Assembly (NCBI GenBank): GCA_977018835.1
Contig: OZ361257.1
Span: 1,860,001-1,924,000, forward strand
Source of the DNA: Minutocellus sp. GHC0000111
Lineage: Eukaryota
Direction: 5' to 3'
DNA: 64,000 nucleotides
Part shown: positions 1-12,097 of the stretch, one piece after another
How positions within the stretch are numbered: position 1 is the stretch's first letter
How the letters are laid out: every line of letters starts with the position of its first letter
Translations under genes and position numbers: made by a program
The notes under the pieces: model-generated
Database searches by the model: none
Told to the model about the DNA's origin: nothing
What the model saw: only the letters and a program-made list of their open reading frames with translations

Positions 1-526
1 CTCTCAACGAGCCGACCTCGTCGAAAAAGTTCAGGAAGCAAGCACGCACGTGCAGGCAGGTCTCTGAGCAGTCTTTCAAACGCAAATAGCGAGAAGAAAA
101 GAAAATCGACTGATGGCAATATTACTTGGCTCGTTTCTTTTGCGGGCCAATCTATTTTCAAACGCATTTTCGTAAGAAAAGGAATGTCGAGGCGACGGCT
201 AAAATATTCACAGGATCGTCACATCATGCGTGCAGCGAGATGTTCCAGACCTTGGGCTGACGTAAGGGACATTTCGATATCTGCTCAAGGCCTACGACAT
301 TCGGCGGATTTTGCTGTGCGAACCCTATTGATTTGATTTGGTCTTTCCGCCGTACGTAAAGGTTCGCACTCGACTAAACGGAAGAAAATGGGCCAATCTG
401 CTCGGATCCGGCAATCGATTCCAACATCGGCCAATGTCGTCGTCGACGCGCAAGAGCGAAAATTTGGGCCATAACGTAGCGAGGAGGAACACCTTTCCAT
501 TTCTTTCAGGTTCGATAAAAGCTAAG

Positions 527-1924
527 ATGAAGGTCCAACTCGTCCCGTCGCTGGTCGTGGCGGCTACTTTCGCCGTCTCGCCGGCCCACGCCCAGAAAAA
601 TCTGCGCCGTCTCGATCCCAACAACAACAACAATGGTCAGAAGAAGGGACACGTATTCAAACCCATCAAGGAAGGCAAGGTCGTCAGGGGTCATCCCGAC
701 GCCCCGGGTCGCATCAAGAACTCCTATCTCGTCGAACTCAAGGGATTCGACGTCTCCGATACCAGCAACTCGTACCGTCATCTGAAAGAAGAGCAGTGCA
801 ACTTTGACATCTTCAAGGCCGAGGTTGAAGCCAAGTGTGCCAACTCCGTCCAACCCCGCGAGGGGGAGCCGGGCGTGTGCGACTACACCTTCAAGGGCAA
901 CCCGAAGGCCATCGCCGATTGCTGCGAGGCGCTCGACGACGTCGCCCTTTGCGAGGAGGATGCCGAGGTGACGCCGGATACGCTCTCGTGGGGGCTGGAT
1001 CGTCTCGATCAAGACGTGGGTACCGACGGTACCTTCTTTATGCACGATTCTGCGTATGGGGATTACAACGGCAACCAGGCCTACAATGGTGAGGGTGTGC
1101 ATGTGTACGTCATCGATACGGGGCTTGATGGAACGCATCCCGAATTTGCCGGTAGAGTGAGCACCGGTAAGGATATTATTGCCAGCGAAATCACCCTGGC
1201 CGGCGTCGCCAATGACAGCTGCTCGCATGGCACTCATATCGCCGGAACTTGCTGCGGTGTCACCACCGGCGTAGCTCCAGGAGTCATCATCCAACCAATC
1301 CGCGCGCTGAACTGCGGTGGGAGCAACTCAAACATTAAATCAGCCCTCCACTGGGCAAGGAAGCGACAGATTGAGCACTATGCTCTCGCCGATGGGACCA
1401 TCCCCATGGGCGTTGTTCTCATTAGCTTTACTGGCGGATACAGCCGCTCTGTTGACAATCTCTCGAGGCGTGCCTACGAGGAGGCCAACCTCATTCCAGT
1501 CACATCTGCTGGGAATGATGGATCTACTGCATGCGGCAGGTCGCCAGGCGGTGCATCTGTGATCACCGTTGCCGCGTCAGACGAAAACGATCAGCGGCTA
1601 TCATACTCCAACTATGGATCGTGCGTGGACATTTTTGCCCCAGGAAGCAACATTTATAGTTCGCTTCCCGGTGGCGATTTTGGAATCGAATCCGGTACAA
1701 GTACCGCGGCACCAGCAGTCGCAGGAGCGCTAGCTCTGGTCATCGAGGAAAAGTTTTCGGACGTGGGAGATGGTTCCGACAATGTTGGAATAGGAAGCAT
1801 TTTTCAACGATTGAGAAACAAGGCCCTCGAAGGCAAGCTGTCGGATCTGGAGGGCTCGCCAAACCTACTGTTGAACATTCGATATCACAAGGAGTGGTAT
1901 GACAAGTGGGTGCTGGGACTTTGA
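527..1924 (+). CDS. Secreted subtilisin-like serine protease (S8, proteinase K/aqualysin-like) with signal peptide and prodomain
   Basis: ATG at 527 begins signal peptide MKVQLVPSLVVAATFAVSPAHA, followed by NLRRL. Motifs: WGLDRLDQ, VIDTG (Asp), HGTHIAG (His), SAGN oxyanion, YSNYGSCVDIFAPG and SGTSTAAPAVAG (Ser). Confidence 0.92.
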   Translation: MKVQLVPSLVVAATFAVSPAHAQKNLRRLDPNNNNNGQKKGHVFKPIKEGKVVRGHPDAPGRIKNSYLVELKGFDVSDTSNSYRHLKEEQCNFDIFKAEVEAKCANSVQPREGEPGVCDYTFKGNPKAIADCCEALDDVALCEEDAEVTPDTLSWGLDRLDQDVGTDGTFFMHDSAYGDYNGNQAYNGEGVHVYVIDTGLDGTHPEFAGRVSTGKDIIASEITLAGVANDSCSHGTHIAGTCCGVTTGVAPGVIIQPIRALNCGGSNSNIKSALHWARKRQIEHYALADGTIPMGVVLISFTGGYSRSVDNLSRRAYEEANLIPVTSAGNDGSTACGRSPGGASVITVAASDENDQRLSYSNYGSCVDIFAPGSNIYSSLPGGDFGIESGTSTAAPAVAGALALVIEEKFSDVGDGSDNVGIGSIFQRLRNKALEGKLSDLEGSPNLLLNIRYHKEWYDKWVLGL

Positions 1925-2228
1925 GCTGAAGACCAACAAAACAATTTATATCTTGAATGATCCTCTAGCTAGTTGGAAGACATGCAGCGGTGCATGAAGA
2001 GTAATAAAACAACAAGCAGGGACGCAACTCCAAAAGCACCGTGCCGTCCGTCTTTACGATCTAGCTAGATGTACTCCTTGAGTTACATATCGCATTACAG
2101 TGGTATAGGATATGTAAGCAAAGCAAGTGTCTTCAAAATTTAAATCTTAATTTTTTATCATATGTACATGATCATCAAAAATGGAACATCGTCGGGGTCT
2201 ATGAAAGTGCTATGCTTTTTATTGCTTC

Positions 2229-2960
2229 TTACCCGGCCCTCGCGGCCAGTAGCTTCTTTTTGATACCCTTGACAAGATTGACTTGTGGGATCATCTTGTG
2301 TTGATGACGGGTGTGCTTGGCCTCGTTAATCTTGGCAACACGAATGGCGTGCTCTCCGTCCATAATTTCTCGGAGGGTATACCCAAACCTCTCGATGAGG
2401 ATAGTCCGTCGTTGTTCCGCCGATAATGGATCGGCTGATCCACAGTGCGCATCGAAGCTCGACACGCGACGGGGCGGCTTATCGACGTAGGTGTTGGATA
2501 GGATGAGCGGAGGGCCATAGTTGAGGCACGAGCAGTTGGTCGTATCGCCCATCCTTAAGTCGAAGGAGCGAGTGTGGACGTGTCCGAACTGGACGGACTT
2601 CTTCTCGGAGTTTGGGGTTGATGCGGACTCTGATTTTAATATTGACTTGGGCGTGCTTTCGTGCAAAGATGATGATGCGATGGACGAATCGGATGTGGAT
2701 AGGCTTGACGTCCTTTTGCTACTTCTGTTGTCATACTCGTCGTCAGTTGTTGTATCGGATGCGGTCGATTGCATGGAATATCTGGGTTTATGAGCATGGA
2801 CCGCATTTTCCAGCTGTTCGGGTCTGTTCTCCTCGACGAAGTTCTTCGATTCGGCTCTGATTTTGTCCAGAAGAGAACTTCCGTTTGCGCCGCCTGAAGC
2901 GCCGGGAAAAAGCAACGAGCACGTCGCTCTTCGACTCTTGGGTACTCGTCCGAGGCACAT
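2229..2960 (-). CDS. Hypothetical protein, Ser-rich, with a KKSVQF...MGD...GPPL motif of the kind common in diatom-specific families
   Basis: 243-aa ORF with ATG and an AT-rich 3' flank; no catalytic motif recognised. Confidence 0.6.
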   Translation of the reverse strand: MCLGRVPKSRRATCSLLFPGASGGANGSSLLDKIRAESKNFVEENRPEQLENAVHAHKPRYSMQSTASDTTTDDEYDNRSSKRTSSLSTSDSSIASSSLHESTPKSILKSESASTPNSEKKSVQFGHVHTRSFDLRMGDTTNCSCLNYGPPLILSNTYVDKPPRRVSSFDAHCGSADPLSAEQRRTILIERFGYTLREIMDGEHAIRVAKINEAKHTRHQHKMIPQVNLVKGIKKKLLAARAG

Positions 2961-3492
2961 GATGGATTCTAATTCCTCAGATATCTACGTAGCTACGTAG
3001 CTCGCTGGCAAGCACTCTACTCTAACATACAATAATGGATGGCCCACGTCGGGAATGTAATTGCGGCCGCCCCGCTGCAGCCATCAAAATTCTGCCAGGC
3101 TCTTGATCCGCACTGTCTTCTTGGGCTGGCGTTCGGGTTGGGATCATTGGCCTGACTTTGGCCTGCAGCACAAGTGACAGTCGCCGCGGCGTCAACTTTC
3201 ACATTACCCCAATATCTTTTACGAGGGTCCTCCAATACTTTTTCCTTTGCACACGTGCAATGTCGCCTGAGGCTCTTTTTGAGTTCTTGAGGCTCTTTTG
3301 AGTTTCTGGCCTGGACTGATGGATTTGATGCATTCTCTGATTCTCATCGGGCGGTAATATCGATCCACGGCAATAATATCTACCAATGGTAACTCAGCAG
3401 AACTGCACATTGGCTGAGCCCGTTGAATACATTGGAAGTGCACATGAATAGCAACTTCTGATTGAGCTGGAGGAATCGGCAGAGCATATATC

Positions 3493-5135
3493 ATGTGCAT
3501 TACCAAGCCCCGACGTCGCGTGAAGACGCTGGCGGTGCCGTCGTCGAGATTCATATCTTTGCCGTCGTCGCCTTTGTCCAAAGAAGGTTCGCATCGACAC
3601 CATGCAACAACCACACCCAAGACTGACGAATCTAAGATTCCCTCGCTTCTTCTCCATGAAAAGAAAGATAAATCGCAGCACGCTTCGCCTCCGTGCGTCC
3701 CTTGCGTTGTTGGTTCGTCATCGTCAGAAAGTTCGCTTTCTACTTTTGGCCACAACGATAACTGGGCAAGCCATTCTATTGTCACCAACGACACACCAGA
3801 GATACTTGCAAGTAGTCCAGGGAGCAAGATTGTTGATGATTCGTGGCCGACTCTCGGCGCAGTGTTCGATGAGATTGAGGTTCAAAAGAGTCGGCTCGAG
3901 GCTGAACGGAGGTTGTTCGGTTTGGCAGCCTCAGAAGCCGAGCATCTATGTGCCACGGCTGAGACGAAATTGGGTGAAATAGCAGATCAAGGGACAAAGA
4001 TGCCGAAAAAAAAGTCCCCAAAGAAGCTCAAACATGACTACCGGGATATCCCCGAGTATCAGGATCGCTCATGTGAGCCTATTATTGACTCCAAAAAGTC
4101 ATCGAGCAAACGCGTGTCCTTCCCACTCAAACTGCACAGAGCACTTTCGGAGATCGAGGCCGATGGTTTGTCCGATGTCGTTGGCTGGCAACCACACGGG
4201 CGTGCCTTCACGGTACATGATACCGATCGATTTCGGTCGGAAATACTCCCCCGATACTTCGATAATGCCAAGCCAGCTACTTATCTCAGGCAGCTCAATC
4301 TCTATGGCTTCAACGGCTGCGTAAGGGGGCTGATCGCGACGGATATTATCATGGTAAGTGACATGAGAACATCGAACAAAGTAGGTGTACTTCTTAAAAT
4401 ATCTCTCAGACATATCTAACGATTATCACCCAACTCCTGGTGTATATTTGCTTTCTTTCTGATGCAGAATACTTCCTCAAGGGTAGAGAAGATCTTACCG
4501 CCCTCATGTCGAGAACGAGGATCAAAGGTACTGGTATCAGACAGGCTTCCAATCCCGATATGGAGCCTAACTTCTATCGTATGAAACCCGTTGGCGCTGC
4601 CAGTTGCAATCTAAGAGAAGAAAAAGCGCCGCCATGCCCTTTCAATGCGATTGACATGGAAAGGAAACGCTCAGCCGCCATCATCCAACCTTCTCCAGAG
4701 CTATCGGCGACGTCTTGCAACGCTCAAGATGATGATATCAGCGACGTCGGTGAACAACCCTCTTCATCGGCCATGTATGAAGCTTACCTTGAATCATCTC
4801 CGCCCGTGGCTCTACCACCGGTATCAGGGAAGGCCTTCTTGGAACATAATGCGGTTTCGTTTCTTCAGAAGTCTGCTCAGCGTTCAGTTGAAAAGGACGC
4901 ATCAAATGCCCCGCCTCTTTTCCCTCCAACTCCTTACCAACGCCAAGTTAGCGATGATGTTTCGATGGAGGACTCCAAGCCAGCGGCCATGGGAGTCACC
5001 CTCGATGAGCTTGATACCTTTTTCAGTGAACTAGACGAAGATCTGGCGTTCCTTGCCGAGGAGGGTCAAACCAATCATCTTGAGGATGATGTCGCTTTCG
5101 GCCATCTGCTTGATCAGATGGTTGGTGATATTTGA
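3493..5135 (+). CDS. Heat-shock-factor (HSF) DNA-binding domain protein; intron 4354-4467; 1-bp deletion at ~4312
   Basis: FPLKLH...VGWQPHGRAF...ILPRYF...RQLNLYGF, continuing after a frameshift as RLRKGADRDGYYH|E-YFLKGR across a GTAAGT...GCAG intron. Confidence 0.88.
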
Positions 5136-5250
5136 GTCTTTTTCTCGTACGCTCGCACACACACATCGGAAGCGAAGATTGCTTCCTTCTCACATTTTTA
5201 TGAATATAGTGTATATAAAAGTAAATTTACATGAACATTTTATAAGAGAA

Positions 5251-6306
5251 TCAAACCATATACTCAGTGGGTGGGACATATTCTTGGCCCGCCGGACCAT
5301 ACAAAGACTTGCCGCCATTGAGAGCCCTTTCATACTCAATTCTGCTGGCCATTGAATAGACATACCGCGACATTTCATCATTGTCGGAGAACCCTCCAAC
5401 AATCTCCTTGGGATTGAGAAATTCATCTCCATTCCTTGGTCGGCAATCAGTGCATATCAGATGCATGGTGAGATGTGTGGGTACTTTACCATCGGCCTTC
5501 TCCTTTCCATGCTCTGTCACGCTCTCTGGCACTAGCATCCAGGCCTCGCTTACTTTAAACACGCTCTCCTGGCACTTGCCACATATTGCGATGTGGCGCT
5601 TCTTCTTTTTGCGGGGTCTGTGAACATTGGGGGTGGGAGGTTTCAAATGCTTCGGTGGCGACCTGTCATTTACAGATGTTGGTGCAGCCTCCTCGTCCTC
5701 CTCTTCGTCACTGCCCAGCTTTGAGCCATCAATGCTATTGTGTCCAGCGATAGTGTCATCTTCAAATGCAGCATCTGGACTACCAGTATTGCCGCTCGTA
5801 ACGCTAACGACCCCACCGTCGCCTTTCTTGACATGCACCTCCTTCACCGGAAAGCCTTGACGAGCCGAGTTGTCGTTGTCTTCTCGGTGGAGAACAGCAG
5901 CCGCAGCCGCTGCCGCCGCCGCTGCAGGTCTTTCACCATCAGCATCTTGTTGCCGATCTTCACTATGTATTGCTTGGTCTGTACCAACTTGGTTTTGGTT
6001 CTTGCTACAATCCCGACGCACTTGCTCAATCTTCTCCAAGCTCCGATCAAGAAACAAAAGATGACTTCTCAGCTTCCATGACTTTGCCCTGGCACTCATG
6101 TCTCCACTGACTTCAATCTCTTCCAAACGACCCTTCACTTCGTCACGTATCGATCGAAATGGTGGGACAGACTGATCGATGAGCTGGAGGAGATCTTGAT
6201 CCTCGTGCTTCGACTTCATGTTGGGAAGTTCGGAAAGAAAATCTGTCAGGGAGACAACGTAGTCGTTTGCAACCGTGGCCTCGAATGTTTCGATGTCGGA
6301 ACTCAT
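5251..6306 (-). CDS. Hypothetical protein with N-terminal coiled coil and C-terminal CxxC...CxxC putative zinc-binding motif
   Basis: 351-aa ORF; CGKC and CTDC pairs after basic RKKKKR. Confidence 0.65.
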   Translation of the reverse strand: MSSDIETFEATVANDYVVSLTDFLSELPNMKSKHEDQDLLQLIDQSVPPFRSIRDEVKGRLEEIEVSGDMSARAKSWKLRSHLLFLDRSLEKIEQVRRDCSKNQNQVGTDQAIHSEDRQQDADGERPAAAAAAAAAAVLHREDNDNSARQGFPVKEVHVKKGDGGVVSVTSGNTGSPDAAFEDDTIAGHNSIDGSKLGSDEEEDEEAAPTSVNDRSPPKHLKPPTPNVHRPRKKKKRHIAICGKCQESVFKVSEAWMLVPESVTEHGKEKADGKVPTHLTMHLICTDCRPRNGDEFLNPKEIVGGFSDNDEMSRYVYSMASRIEYERALNGGKSLYGPAGQEYVPPTEYMV

Positions 6307-6627
6307 TTTCTGTGCTTCGGATATTGAAGAACAGCGTAAATCGTTGTGAGAAGAATGATGTGGGATGTGGACGAACCTATTTGAAGTGCATGATGTGACT
6401 GTGCTTGACTTGCTTCGGGTATCTTGTCGTCTTCTTCAGTGCTGGGAAGGGGTATCCCCTTTTTATCGGCCCCTGTAAATATTTTGCTTCATTTCTTGTC
6501 AGTTTCGTCCGCCGCTGTCCAGGCAGCAGCAGCAGCACATGATGGCCTGACTCGCGTATCTCACCGCGCACCAGCGTCTCCCAATAACCACCGGCCGGCC
6601 GTTGGCGTCTTTGGTTCGGCTGCGGCC

Positions 6628-7792
6628 ATGAGCTCTTCCTTGGGCAATAGATCTGCTGCCGGTCGAGCTGGAGCCCATGACGAGCGTCAGCGGAAGAAGC
6701 CGCGCTTGCTCAAGCAAGGGAACCTTACCGCTTGGCTCAAGTCTCCCTCCCCCTCATCATCACTCGTGCAGTTCGACCCTCGTTGCCTTCTCGTCATCGG
6801 GGGCGATTCCCTCACACATGTGCTCAGATACCTCGCCCCTCGAGATGTGTGCAACTCTGAAATGAGCTGCAAACTATTGCGCCAGGCTGCCGCTCCGGTT
6901 ATTGACGGAATGATACGAGAAATGAACGCAACGTGCGACAGCGTGTCGGTCGGCCATGGAAGTCTGACGAAGCTATCTCGATACTTGGCGGCCAAGGAGA
7001 TGACCGATCGAGTGAGATCGCACCTTACGACGCACACATCAAACGCATTGCGAAATCAAACATACAGTCCAGACGGATACCAGATTCGGTGTAACCCATC
7101 CTCTTGCGTCGGCTGCGAGTCCTTCCCGCAGATCATAGATAAGTCTGTGTTCGATACCGATGGCAAGGAATATGAGTTTTATCTTTGCTTTTTCGATGTT
7201 AGAGAGCCAAGGGCGGCATACTTCCAAGGATTTGTTCCTGTGCAAAAGGGAGAAGATATCCCATTCAGTTTCTATGTACAACTTTGGGATGTCATCAGCA
7301 AATCAAAATGGGAAGGAATGAAGGAGAAAATTTACCGACAATTCTGAGGACCTGCAGAGATCGGATGGCCGTCGTTGGCGTGAGAAGTGGGAGACTGCTG
7401 GCGGTTTCGATGTAGCAGTAGCTGTTGTCGCTGTTCACAAGCAACGGTGCGAGGCATCCTTCCTTGGCGCAGCAATGGAATTCATTGACTTTGATTTTTT
7501 CCTCCTTTGGGGTGATACTATTGGAGTGTCTCCAATGCGTCATGTAAAATGCGATGTACATGACTATACATACATGGATGATCATGACTTGTCGTGTGTT
7601 GATCGATCAAGCCCGTTGCATCGTTTTCGTACAGCAGCTACCGATTTTTGGCTTGAGTATAGGAATGCAGACAAGCGACAAAATTCGCATGATGTAGGGG
7701 AAAAGAAAACGTTTCTACTCATTGTCCGGTTCCACGGTGACAAGAGAAATGATGGCGTTGGTTGGGTTGGAGGGAAGCATGTTGATGATTGA
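6628..7792 (+). CDS. F-box-like protein with a frameshift at the A-run ~7327-7330
   Basis: LLVIGGDSLTHVLRYLAPRDVCNSEMSCKLLRQ resembles an F-box. Removing one A at ~7328 gives an open frame (KFTDNSEDLQRSDGRRW...) that runs into ORF 7475-7792. Confidence 0.6.
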
Positions 7793-7853
7793 TGAATAGA
7801 GCAAAAGGATGCATATTCCTATATCTAAACATAATCGATATGATTTCAGAAAT

Positions 7854-7960
7854 GCGAAGCTCCAGCAAGGTGCGCAGCTCAGTCGTAAGAGCGAAGCGCC
7901 GGCAAGGCGCGTAGCTCAGTTACAAGCGGAGCGCCGGCAAGGCGCGCAGCTCCGTTACAC
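7854..7960. repeat. Three imperfect 35-37 bp tandem units (CCGGCAAGGCGCGYAGCTCAGTTACAAGCGGAGCG)
   Basis: Visible directly at 7862, 7899 and 7934. Confidence 0.8.
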
Positions 7961-8076
7961 ACCGACGGCAGGCAAAAGGAGGAGCAAAAGAGAACGACCA
8001 CGCCCGACGGGACTCGACCGCAGCAAAAAACACGCCGGACGAACTCGACCCGCAGAAACCACCAGATCGAAGTCTG
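7955..8076 (-). pseudogene. Partial, rearranged duplicate of the tRNA-Arg 3' half and its 3' flank
   Basis: 7955-8017 is identical to 8375-8437 (63 bp); 8031-8076 is a second degraded T-arm/anticodon copy; the D-arm and 5' acceptor strand are missing. Confidence 0.8.
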
Positions 8077-8418
8077 GAAAGAAGGTAGTCCGGAGAGGTG
8101 ATGAGTGAGGCGGCAACAAGTCGGGTTTGTGTCGGAGATGAAATAAACAAGTGATGGAACGGTGTGAACAAGCGCCTGTGTGCAAACACACAGACTTAAA
8201 TGTACTGCATGAGTACATTAGTGGAAAGTAGATCTATAGCCAGCTTCCATCATTTGTTGTTTTGTCTCCTCGCCGAAAATCCCAAAACCCATGAACCTCT
8301 CACCAAAACGACCAAAACTCGACAACCAGACGTCCAATAAAGACCGCGATTGAACCAAACAACAAAAGAATACCTTACACACCGACGGCAGGCAAAAGGA
8401 GGAGCAAAAGAGAACGAC

Positions 8419-8490
8419 CACGCCCGACGGGACTCGAACCCGCAACCACCAGATTCGAAGTCTGATGCGCTACCATTGCGCCACGGGCGC
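8419..8490 (-). tRNA. tRNA-Arg (anticodon TCG)
   Basis: Minus strand GCGCCCGTGGCGCAATGGTAGCGCATCAGACTTCGAATCTGGTGGTTGCGGGTTCGAGTCCCGTCGGGCGTG folds into a cloverleaf with GTTCGA T-loop; T-runs lie downstream. Confidence 0.95.
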
Positions 8491-9080
8491 GTTGCCGTGT
8501 GAACGAAATGATGCATCACGCGTAATAATCGCTGTGTAAGACAAAAGAATTTCGCGGTTTGCGCGCACTGCTCAACTTTCTCGACCCGGACCCTTTCGAC
8601 CTTCGTCACGTGCCACTGCCGGTCCAGCTTGACTTACTTATCAGGGGTGCCTTGGGGACATTGTACATCTCTTGCCGCTGCCGTATCTTCCCTTCAATCA
8701 TCAGCTCTCGTGGGTAGGAGCACCATTTCCATATCGCCACTGATCAGCCAGCGCCATTCCTCAGACATTCGCTTCCCGGCACAATCAAATCAAATACTCG
8801 TGACTGTCTGTCTCTCAACGCTTTGTAGCCTATTCAGTACCTACCTCCCCTTCCATCATTCTGGCCGGTCTCTTATCTTCATCCAATCCTCGCCATCTCC
8901 TGCCCCTTGGCTCCTGCTCGGTCCCGTATCTTTTTCTGGCTAGCCAATCTCAAATAAACAGTCGGGCGGCACAACTCGTGCTCGTTTTCTGTCCTTCCCA
9001 TCCCGAAAGCCATTTGCAATTGCACAAGCTTCAAACCACCCACCCACCCAACCACCACAACACACCACACCACGCCCAGC

Positions 9081-11094
9081 ATGTCCCACTACTCGGACCA
9101 CAACAAGCGCAAGCGCTTGTCGGCTGCTGTCCCCGATGGATCCGAAGCAGCACTTGGCGGTGGTGGGGGCGGTGCATCGCCTCGCTCAACCGACGATCAG
9201 TTCGACGACTACTACCGCAGCCCCGCCAGCGCCATATCCCAAAGCACAGGCGGCGGAGACCGAGGTGGAGGTCGCTTTTCCGACGCGGCTTCCTACCATT
9301 CGCATCACTCCCAGCGGTCCTTTGCATCGCATGGCTCCCACCACTCCCACCCGCACTCACACCGACCAGCCGGCAGGGGGGCAGCACGCCCCGCACAACT
9401 ACCGTGGCTTTTCGGGCGGTCCGGACGTCGGAGATGGCAATTCCACCATTGCCACGATAAACTCGGCCGACTTGGTCAGTCTGAAGCGGGATCGGGAGCG
9501 GGAGGGTCGATGTTCGGAATGCGGTGCGCAGACGCACGAATTGAGGGTCGATCCAAGGACGGGAGCACGGACCAAGGAAGCGCTCAATGTCGAGGGCGAG
9601 GTTCGGAGGGGCAGGTACGTGAAGTTCGTGGCCTATTTATGCACATGTGCTTGCATGTATGTCATGAATACGAAAGAATCGAGTGCCCATGCATTTGCAA
9701 TGCGTTTTGAATGCAAGCATGACGCCTCCTTGCTATTGGAACCTTTGATAAGCAACATTTTTCTTCCATATCTTATTGTCCAACCTTGGCTCTCTTCCCC
9801 CAAAATTATTTCCCCACCTCCCCCCCATCCACATAGATGTCTCTACTGCTACCCTCTACCGACGAGACGCAGTCAGGCAGACAATTCCCAGGCTATTTTT
9901 GGTGGGGTGTCACAGTCGCACAGGTCGATACATAGTCACCATCTCATCCCCGATGCCGCCGTCTCGCATACTTCGTTCAATTCGGCACCCGTGGCGTCTC
10001 ATAGATCTGGCGGCGGTGGTGGTGGTGGACAGTACGTTTCGTCTTCTCGCTCTGTATCGTCGGATCATCAGCAGCATCTCACTCAGCAGCAGCATTACGC
10101 CATGAACTATCACCAAAACAGTGCCAGTGGGAGCATGGCCAGCTTGGGAAGTCTGGGTGATATGTCGCCGAGGCATCATCCCACCCACGGACGGCATCGT
10201 TTGTCGGACTTGCCCGATACCATTGAATCGGCATCGGTGGCCTCGAACCCGTCCATTGCCTCGACGACCAGTGCCGCTCAACTGGCGGCCGACCAGGTGG
10301 CCATTGAGGATGCCATCGCTCGCTTCGAGACGGAAAATGCCGATCTGTGCGACATTTTGGCGACCATGCGGCGGTTCCCCCGGTCGGTGCGGGTGCACGA
10401 GCTGGGGTGCGAGAAGCTTTGGATCCAATCTTGGGACGATGAGAACTCCAGTGCCATTGGTAGGGTGGGAGGTATCCCCACCATCATTGACAGTATGCGA
10501 ACGCACGCCGGTAGTGCTCATTTGCAGCAGTGCGGTTGTGAGGCATTGCAGAATTTGGCATTGAATGATTATAACCGCGAGGTCATTGCCGAACAGGGTG
10601 GTATCATTGCTGTTATAGATGCCATGGGCCGCCATTGGGATGTCGCCGGCGTACAGCAGTGTGAGTCTACCGCTTTTATTCTGCGGAGCCTTTGTTTTTA
10701 GCAGAGGAAATGTTGATGTCTTGGGGGTTTGGCATTACGAACAGATACGGATTCTTTTTACCAGTATAGATTGTCTCACCCTCGCTCTATTTATCGGCAT
10801 ATCTTGCACTCTTTTCTCACAGGCGGATGCACGGCACTTGCAAACATTGCCGGTGGAGAGGCCGGCGGAGACAACCGCGTTGCCGTGGCCGATTGCGGTG
10901 GTTTGCATGCAATCCTCAAGGCGGTACAGACATTTCCTCAGGACGAAACGGTCCTTCGAAGCGCTTATCAGGCTCTGCGATCCCTGGGGTACAATCCAAC
11001 ACAAGAGCTTGAGCGAGCGCAACAATTACAGGAAGAAGAGCAGTCCGCAGACGACGACGACGACGAAATGGGTGAAGGTGGCGGGGGAGACTGA
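9081..11094 (+). CDS. Armadillo-repeat protein with N-terminal CxxC...CxxC motif; introns 9615-9836 and 10661-10822; frameshift at G-run ~9376-9381
   Basis: GRCSECGAQTH...RGR|CLYC. ARM-like repeats: GGIPTIIDSM...GCEALQNLA and GGIIAVIDAM...C|GCTALANIA. The GT-AG junctions restore the frame. Confidence 0.8.
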
Positions 11095-11397
11095 GTTTGA
11101 TTGGACTTGGGAAGGAGAGGACTTGTTGGCTGTGCATATTTTCTTTTGTTTTCATGTCGTGTACTAAGTAATTCGGTCTACCAAGGTAGACTCCATTGGT
11201 TGTAAATTTGAACAATAAATATCGCAAAGTCTGTCTCATTCTATTCAGCAAATAGAACACCATCACTGTTAATTCTCTAAAAAACTTGAGAAAGACCAAG
11301 AGGCACCATAACGACCCTCAAGATTTGGATTCGAATGGGAGCAAATACATACATGGAGTCAGACCACACGAATCGAGCCTGTTCCCTCAATGAAATG

Positions 11398-12097
11398 GGT
11401 AGCGCTACCTTAGGTATCACCCACTGAAGGTATACAAAGCTTGGACGAAGGACTCCTCTAATCCTTGGGTCCCTAGGGGGGCTATCATCACTCCCGGGGG
11501 TCAACGACGCCAAAATCTGGGATTCTGGACGAGCTGTTGATATTAAAATCTCGATCTCATGAGTACAAACTCAAACATAGTAGCATAGCGCTACCTTAGG
11601 TATCACCCAAACAAGGTATCTAAGGCTTGGGCGTAGGTTTCCTTTGCTACTTGGCCTCCAACGGTGACTGTGGTCGCTCCCAGGGGTCGATGGTGGGCAT
11701 TTTTGAGATTCTGGGCGGGCTGTGGATATATAAATCTTGACTTTACAAGTACAAACTCAAATATAGTAGCACAGCGCTACCTTAGGCATCACCCACACAA
11801 GGTATCTAAGGCTTGGGCGTAGGTTTCCTTTGCTGCTTGGGTTCTAACAGTGACCTGTTATGTCTCCCGCGGGGGGTGACGACGCCAAAATCTGGGATGA
11901 TTCTGGGGGGAATGGTAGCGCATAGATCTTGCCCTTTCGCGTACAAACTCAAACACAGAATCATAGCGCTACCTTAGGTATCACCCAGAGAAAGTATCTA
12001 AGGCTTGGGCGTAGGTTTTCTCTGCTACAAGGGTCCCAACGGTGACTGTTATGACGCCCGGGCCCGACGACAAAAAATCTCCCACGGCGCATCGAAG
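11398..12097. repeat. Tandem array of ~3.7 units, period 186/186/192 bp, each with a TACCTTAGGTA palindrome
   Basis: AGCGCTACCTTAGG recurs at 11401, 11587, 11773 and 11965; GTACAAACTCAAA and GATTCTGG also recur with the same period. Confidence 0.9.

Noticed and set aside
1690..1715. GTSTAAP instead of GTSMAAP in the subtilisin
   Set aside because: The catalytic Ser is intact; variation at the following residue is tolerated in S8 proteases.
9615..9836. Stop-free in-frame segment read as coding by the ORF track
   Set aside because: It has GT...AG ends, and its removal restores GR-CLYC, so it is treated as an ordinary intron.
11176..11191. Hairpin GTCTACC-AA-GGTAGAC (and CCTATTTC-A-GAAATAGG near 18383) as Helitron or TIR ends
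   Set aside because: No CTRR terminus, matching TIR or TSD found.
11398..12097. CRISPR-like array
   Set aside because: The whole unit is repeated with no unique spacers, there are no cas genes and the context is eukaryotic.
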